Source: Octopus sinensis (lineage: Eukaryota). Taken from it: DNA of 64,000 bases. This document shows, one piece after another, positions 63,605 to 64,000 of the stretch. Every line of letters begins with the position of its first letter. The stretch's first letter is position 1. Location of the stretch: NCBI RefSeq assembly GCF_006345805.1, contig NC_043007.1, forward strand, positions 28,458,001 through 28,522,000, in the 5' to 3' direction. The notes beneath the pieces were generated by a model, which saw only the letters and a program-made list of their open reading frames with translations, ran no database searches and was not told where the DNA came from. A program made the translations under genes and the position numbers.

Positions 63605-64000
63605 CCTCTCTCCTTTTCTCTCTTTATTCCTCTTTCTCCGCCTCTCCCTCTTCCTCTTGTACTATTTAATTATTTGACCCTTCTTCTCACTCCATCTCTT
63701 TCTCTCGCACTCTCTCCCCCCTCTTCTATATATATCTATCTATCACCTCTTCAACTCTCACCCATTATGCTTTGTCTATTTCCCCCCACTTTCTCTCTTA
63801 CGTTACTTTCCTTTCTCCCCACTTACATAAAATATTTCTAACCCATCCCCCCTCTCTCTCTCATTCCCTACCACCTCTTTTTCTCTTTCATACTTATCAC
63901 TATTACTCTCTTCCTTTCTATTCCCCTCCCTTATATCTTCTCCCCGTCCTCCTCTTGTAGTCTACTCCGCCCCTTTCATCTCACTTTCTTCTTTTCTTTT

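Overview
AT-rich, intron- and repeat-dense eukaryotic DNA. The repeat landscape (tRNA-derived SINEs, RTE LINE 3' ends with (GAT)n tails, abundant (CA)n/(TA)n) suggests an octopus or other coleoid cephalopod; this is inference only. Two convergent multi-exon genes could be assembled by hand with consistent GT-AG boundaries and reading frames. (1) The 3' part of Sec23 (COPII coat, Sar1 GAP) on the + strand: 11 coding exons from 2412 to the stop at 29770, 436 aa, N-terminus outside the window. (2) A complete calcineurin B homologous protein (CHP1-like) CDS on the - strand: 7 coding exons, 63240 to 35402, 190 aa. The rest is mostly transposon debris: RTE, CR1-like, R4/Dong-like and Tx1/L1-like LINE remnants, several SINE families, a near full-length Tigger fossil, a mariner fossil, and hAT and mariner MITEs. 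Apart from ORFs overlapping these exons and TE remnants, the ORF track appears to be chance ORFs. I found no prokaryotic-type system (CRISPR, operon) and no convincing wholly new system. Best leads: a minimal hammerhead-ribozyme fold in a Sec23 intron; a candidate 18-nt in-frame Sec23 microexon; a PHD finger embedded in the RT of the resident RTE family; a GC-rich CR1-like RT fragment with a triplicated 70-bp end; and a 56-bp-stem hairpin in CHP1 intron 1.
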